Source of the DNA: Bilabrum cf. latius | Taxonomy: Eukaryota | DNA length: 64,000 nucleotides | Direction: 5' to 3' | Assembly: GCA_965178125.1 (NCBI GenBank) | Contig: OZ237751.1 | Span: 186,001 to 250,000 of the forward strand | Shown: positions 58,454 to 64,000 of the stretch, piece by piece | Numbering within the stretch: the stretch's first letter is position 1 | How the letters are laid out: the number at the start of each line of letters is the position of its first letter | Translations under genes and position numbers: made by a program | Notes under the pieces: generated by a model | Seen by the model: the letters and a program-made list of their open reading frames with translations, nothing else | What the model was told of the DNA's origin: nothing | Database searches by the model: none

Positions 58454-60246
58454 ATGATGCGGGCCCTTAGAGCAGTTCGAGGAGTGGCCCGGGCTACAAG
58501 AAGCCGTATTAGCTGCTCTGCTTCCGTTGGGCTGCGGTTTGCTTCTCAAGATGTCCGATCACTGGCTGCTGACCTGAACAGGTCTCTGGAAGACTCCGAT
58601 CCGGCCCTGTTCGACCTGATCGAGAAAGAGAAACAACGACAGCGAACATCACTAGTCTTGATTGCATCCGAGGTAAGAACTTGACTCCTATTTCTGTCCT
58701 CAATACTCCTATTCGTAGATGCCTGCAGCGACAGTTGCTCCGCTGTTCCTGCGCAACCCGCACCTTCTTGGATTCAGCCGTGCTGGCGTGTAGCAAGCAC
58801 ACTTTGGCCCTACCATGCGTCTAGTATGTATTGTGGTGGTCATCTGCGCAGCCCCTAGCATTCGAATGATGCCTCCGTTCCGGCCCCTTGCATCGCTCGC
58901 AGAATTTCACTTCGGCGTCTGTGCTGGACGCGCTGGGCTCCGTCATGAGCAACAAATACAGCGAAGGATACCCCGGGGCGCGCTACTACGGTGGAAACGA
59001 GCACATCGACGCGGTCGAGCGCTTGTGCCAGCAGCGAGCGCTTGAGGCGTTCGGTCTGTCCGAGGACGAGTGGCACGTGAACGTGCAGAGCCTGTCTGGC
59101 TCCCCCGCAAACTTTGCCGTGTACACGGCCCTGCTGCAGCCGCACGACCGCATCTTGTCTCTGGACCTGCCCTCTGGGGGGCACTTGTCGCACGGGTACC
59201 AGACCGACAAGAAGAAGGTGAGCGCGGTGTCTGCGTACTTCGAGACGCTCCCCTACAAGCTCGACCCCGCCACCGGGCTGATCAACTACGACGAGGCGGA
59301 CCAGCTGGCCAGGGCGTTCCGCCCCAAGCTGGTGGTGGCTGGTGCCTCTGCCTACGCTCGCCTGATCGACTACGAGAAGATGAGGCAGATCGCCGACCTG
59401 AGCGGGGCAGTGCTGCTGGCAGACATGGCGCACATCTCGGGGCTGGTGGCCGCGGGCTGCATCCCCTCTCCCTTCGACCACTGCGACGTGGTGATGACCA
59501 CCACACACAAGAGCCTAAGGGGGCCCAGAGGTGCCCTCATCTTCAGCAGGAAGGGGGTCAAGTCCGTCAGCAAGAAGGGGGTCAAGACCATGTACGACTT
59601 CGGACCCAAGATCGACTCTGCCGTGTTCCCTGGCCTGCAGGGGGGCCCGCACAACCACACGATCGCGGCTCTTGCAACCGCCCTAAAGCAGGCGTCTTCC
59701 GCCGAGTTCAAGCAGTACCAGGATGCCGTCATGGGGAACAGCAGGGCCCTCTGCGAGGAGCTCATGGGTCTGGGGTACGACATGGTGAGCGGGGGGACCA
59801 GCAACCACCTGTGTCTGGTGGACCTCAGGTCCAAGGGGATCGACGGGGCCAGGGCGGAGCGGGTGCTGGAGTTGAGCGGGCTGGTGACCAACAAGAACAC
59901 CGTGCCGGGCGACACGTCCGCGATCGTGCCCGGGGGTATCCGGCTGGGGGCGCCCGCCATGACCTCGAGGGGGCTCGGTGAGGAGGACTTCAGGCAGGTG
60001 GGCCGGTTCTTCGATAGGGCCGTGCAGCTCGCAGTGGAGGCCAAGGAAGAGGTGGCAAAGGGGTACACGGGCAAGGGCAAGCCCAAGCTCAAGGACTTCT
60101 TCGCGGGCTTGACAGCCGAGGGCGAGGAGGCGCTGCAGGTGGCGCCGCGGATCGCCGAGCTTCGCGCCGAGGTGGCCGAGTTTTCCAGCGGGTTCCCCAC
60201 TGTGGGCTTCGAAGAGGCTAGCATGAAGTACCCCGAGAGGCAGTGA
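58454..60246 (+). CDS. SHMT: Serine hydroxymethyltransferase, probably mitochondrial, 520 aa; join(58454..58672,58903..60246)
   Basis: LIASE|NFTS across a GTAAGA..ctcgCAG intron, [27 protein letters not shown]-lysine motif [20 protein letters not shown]; Arg/Ala/Ser-rich presequence; TGA stop; no TAG. Confidence 0.97.
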
Positions 60247-60476
60247 ACAGCGAGAGATCAACGGCAGTGGCAGCCTGAGTGTTCTACAGGTTGTTGCTGT
60301 CTGGCGGAACCGCGGCAAAGAGAGGATTTATGCGTTGGCCGCGCGCCTCGCCTCGGCCAGACTGGTTTGCGTGCTGATGAAATGGCAGCCACACTGGCGA
60401 TGCGTATGAAATCATTTATTTTCTTGTTGCGCTGCCAGTGGCAAGACAAACCAAACAAAACGTGGGTGCTAGCATG

Positions 60477-61058
60477 TCATGTGCCTCCTCCGACTGCCCC
60501 AGTGGCAGCGTGGCCCTCTGTTGCTGATTTTGAGTACACAAGAACAGACGTGAACTTGTCTGAGGCTGACTTGCTTGTGGCTGCGGCGGCGGCAGCAGCC
60601 CCAGTCGCCGCAGCGGATGCTTCGCTAGACGACTTGCCTGTCCCGCTTTGCACCACGACCCTTCCCTTCTGAGTATGGAGCTCGATGCACAGAATGCCAT
60701 TTCCTTCCTCATTATCCCAGGCAGCACAGTCGGCTCGTGCCCCAGAGGCCAGTGAGCTGCACAAAGGAGCTATCCCTGCAGCAGAGGTGCCACTTTCTGC
60801 GATGCAAACGATTCAAAGGCGCGCTAGAGCCACTCAGCCCAAAACGTCGGTTCAGAATGCAAATATAGAGCACGCAAATACTCTTACGGCCGATGAGCAT
60901 GCCGCTCTCATCCGTCAAAGCAGCGGCATCGGCGCGCTCATCTCTTCTACTGCGGTGCGCAACGGAGATTGGTGGCGGTGGAAGCCGTGCGATCAGTGTC
61001 CAGAAACATACATAAATGAAGACACGACCACATACATTGCTTCGCATGCCTGCTGCAT
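60477..61058 (-). CDS. LAMTOR5: LAMTOR5/HBXIP-like Roadblock-fold protein, 134 aa; complement(join(60477..60796,60888..60949,61036..61058))
   Basis: Two GT-AG introns (61035..60950 GTATGT/accgCAG; 60887..60797 GTAAGA/atcgCAG) give MQQACEAIRRDERADAAALTDESGMLIGQSGTSAAGIAPLCSSLASGARA..GILCIELHTQKGRVVVQ..FTSVLVYSK, matching the LAMTOR5 pattern CTDSQGLNLG..VVCLESDNGNIMIQ..TVAVHK; TGA at 60477. Confidence 0.65.
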
Positions 61059-61230
61059 GATAAAATGGATTGCTTGTTTTGACTGGTTCGCTGCGGGTTC
61101 GTGAACCACTCCTTCGTCGGCGAATCGCACTGCTGATTATCGCAGCCATCAAGGCTGATGGTTGGCAAGCAGGCGGCGACAGCGGTGCTCTAACACGCCG
61201 GCAATGCGTAGACCTACCAGTGAGAGTGTC

Positions 61231-63626
61231 TCAATCCACACCAAACCGGAAGAAATCGCTGCCCTGGTCCGGAGCCCCACCGGGAACTGCTGGCCCGCCG
61301 CCCACCATTTCACTAGCACCCATGGACACGGCTGCACCCGACGACGAAGATGCCGCTGTCTACCCAGCCCCCATGCCAGCCCCCATGCCAGCCCCTCCGC
61401 CGGCATCCATCCACGCAGGACGTAGGGACACCCCCCGGGGTCCTACACTGTCCCCCCGTTTGCCATACCCCTTCATGGGGACAGCCCCACCTACCGGCTG
61501 AGCCGCAGACGCCCCCACGCCCCCCTACCTAGCGAAAAAATCAGCCATGGATTCCTCCGCCTCGTCCTCGTCCTCGTCCTCGTCGCCGTCTCCCATCCCA
61601 TCGCCGTGCCCCGTAGCCATGCCGGCCTCGATTTCATCGCCCGTGGGATCAAGGTATTTCTCTACCATCCATCGGGCTGCCAGCGCAGCTCCGTGCATGG
61701 AATCCCCGGGGCTACTAGAGGCCGGGCTGTCCGCCAGATCCCCGAGGTGCTCCAGCCCCCTGGACTCTAGCACCACTGGGACGAGCCCGGGGCGGTGCTT
61801 GCAGATCGTGTGCAGAAAAGCGACGCTCTGGTACACCACCTGGACCCTCTTTGCCAGCACCCTGCGCACCACCACGCCAACGAACCCAGGGAGCTCTGCC
61901 ACAGCGTCAAAGTACTTGCCGGGGGGATGCACCACGAACCTGCCACGGGCGTCCACCATAGCCCCCTCTGCCACTTTGTCCAGCTTCGAGCAGCCCACCC
62001 CAAAGGAAGTCTCCTTTGCCCACCCAGCCACAGGGGATGCCTCCTTTGTGTCGCGGGCGAAGGCCACCTGCGTCAGGCAGATGAGAGACTCGACAGCCAG
62101 AGCAAAGGTTCCGTCAGCCATGTCCAGCAGGTGTGGGAGCACCCCTCCCTCCACGAAGAATTTCGCGTGCTGCTCCCCCCTGCCGGGAGGAGACACCAGG
62201 TTGGCCACCACCCACATGGCCTGCTGCTTCAGCGCAATCACATCCACCGGGGCGGACGCACCGCCCACCAGTCCCCGGGCATTCACACTGGAGCTGCCCG
62301 GCCCCTGAGGCACCGAGTGGTCCAGGCTTGGCACGGGCCCGGCTTGCCCCGCGCCTATTGCGCTCCTCGACGACTCCTCGGCTGCCTTCGCGGCGGGGTG
62401 TTCCCCGGTTAGGATGCCCCTTACGGAGCGCATGATGGAAGGAACGGCCGCTACTGCCTCCGTGGGCGCATGGTGGCTCGTGACCCCGCAGCTGTTCCCC
62501 ACAACGGTCAGCAGCGGTGCTGCCATCCTGGACGTCCTTGCGTGAAAGAGCGCATTCCCGGCCAGCCTGAGCCCCCCTTTGTTGATGAACTGCTTAAGGA
62601 TATTGTCATGCACCTGCACGATCATTGCCAGCAGCTGGGCCGCTTCGGCGCCTATGGTTTCGTCCACTGGCCCAGAGGCATGGGGGCCAGCACCGCTGCC
62701 ACCCTCCTTGCTCTCGCTTGCACCAGCACCAGCACCAGCACCGGCACCCTGTTTGAAGGCAACTCCCGCCATGGCAGCCCGCTCTGCTGCGGCCTTGCTC
62801 ATGGTGACTCCGTCAGAGCCGCTCGCGCCCGCCTAGTGCGCGGCCGCCGGTCTCAGCCAGTAGAGGCAGAGGGCCACCACATCCAGCTCGAGGATGGTGC
62901 GAGGCTCTAGCCCCGGTCCCCGCATCATGTTGGTCAGGGCCCAGAGGCACGTGCTGGCGAGAGAGATGGGCCGCTGGTAGGCGCTTCGCATGATGGCGGC
63001 GAATGCGCCTTGGGCCAGAAGAACGTCCCGCACTCGATCGAGAGAGGCGGCCATGGTGCCGAGCGCGTGCACGGCGTACTCTGCCATTACCTTGTGCTCA
63101 CCCTCGGCCAGGCGGATGATTTCGGGAGATACTTGCATGACGTAGTCCACGTGTTCGTCTGTGCCCGTGGCAAGCGTGTCCACGATCCAGACGGCTTCGA
63201 GGCAGTGGGCATCCAGAACCGAACTCCGCTGCTCGCCCCTGCCGCCCCGAATGAAGAACCGCAGAGCTTCGATCAGATTGAGGTCCATGACAAACTCCAA
63301 TGGCGGGTCATCGTCTTGCGTTATGGCGCGTCGGATCATCTGCAGCCCTTCCAACTGGTGCCTGGCCTTGGGGCCCCGGATTGCCTTGCGAGCTGCCTCC
63401 CGTAAGGCGTCTGGAGATATCGCGATGACTGGCTCAGGCCCTCTGCAAGGAACAATTCTTGAATGAGTTTTCAAAATTGCGTGTTTACGTGGTGAGAGGA
63501 GGCTGTCTGGGAGATCGTGTATCCGGGAACGAGCAGCACTCACCGTCGTCGAGTTCGAACCAGCCTCTTTTCCCGCTATAATCGAACCCGCTGTATGCTT
63601 TTGCTAGAGCGTGCCTACGAATACAT
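61231..63626 (-). CDS. Importin-alpha-like ARM-repeat protein (~764 aa); complement(join(61231..63442,63544..63626)); 5 in-frame TAG
   Basis: Basic IBB-like exon 1 MYS*ARSSKSIQRVRL*REKRLVRTRRR; intron GTGAGT..ccttgCAG; ARM motifs LEAVWIVDTLATG, AEYAVHALGTMAA, CLWALTNMMRG, QQAMWVVANL; acidic tail, RPAWM, DFFRFGVD then TGA 61231. TAG at 63615, 63576, 62833, 61525 and 61360. Confidence 0.78.
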
Positions 63627-64000
63627 TGAATCGATGAGTAACCCTTTGTTCGGTGCATTCCTAAAGAAAGCACTGGCTTGTGTGAGTCTGATGCAGCAAA
63701 TCACTTTCTCACTCGACGGCTTTCCTCTTTCGAAATTGTCTGTTTCACTTCGCTTCGTCTCTGCTCCAATACTTTCTGCGCTGCATCACCTCGGCCACTC
63801 ATTGGCTAGAAGCCCACAGATGCCTCCAAAGGCCTGCCAGATGACATTCGAATCCAAGCTTGGGTGATGACGAGTGATTTTGAAACGGTTTAGGGCAGTC
63901 GCACGGTTGTAGATTGAAAGCTGTTCAATGCTTACAATATTCTGTGCATCTCGGTGCTCTGCATCACATCCATCCACCTTTACCACCACCGACCCCACCC

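Noticed and set aside
63786-63998. 70-aa ORF at the window end
   Set aside because: No recognisable motif; it may be the 3' end or UTR of a gene beyond the window and cannot be supported.

Overview
GC-rich, gene-dense, intron-poor eukaryotic nuclear DNA; the style suggests a heterotrophic protist, possibly a stramenopile, but the organism cannot be fixed from sequence alone. The main result is a non-standard nuclear genetic code. About 70 in-frame TAG codons (my count 69) interrupt seven otherwise intact genes, always in one continuous frame. All ten gene models end at TGA, and I saw no in-frame TAA inside a gene. Context points to UAG=Gln, apparently without UAA being reassigned. Read with TAG as sense, the fragmented ORF track collapses into: a partial Nup188-like gene, a ~6,280-aa VPS13 with PDZ-like and DysF-like inserts, two tandem Cys-less pentameric ligand-gated ion channel paralogues, a ~2,870-aa coiled-coil protein, a DUF2867-like protein, a ~2,500-aa BAR-like/PH-GRAM/myotubularin, mitochondrial SHMT, a three-exon LAMTOR5-like gene and an importin-alpha-like ARM protein. 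Two tRNAs (Arg-TCG, Lys-TTT) are present. The 28-40.5 kb accessory zone holds a segmental duplication, a 15x52-bp array, a hAT-like TIR element nested in CRE-like retrotransposon fragments, and a duplicated unidentified ~290-nt structured RNA candidate. All family assignments are from motif recognition by eye, not database searches.
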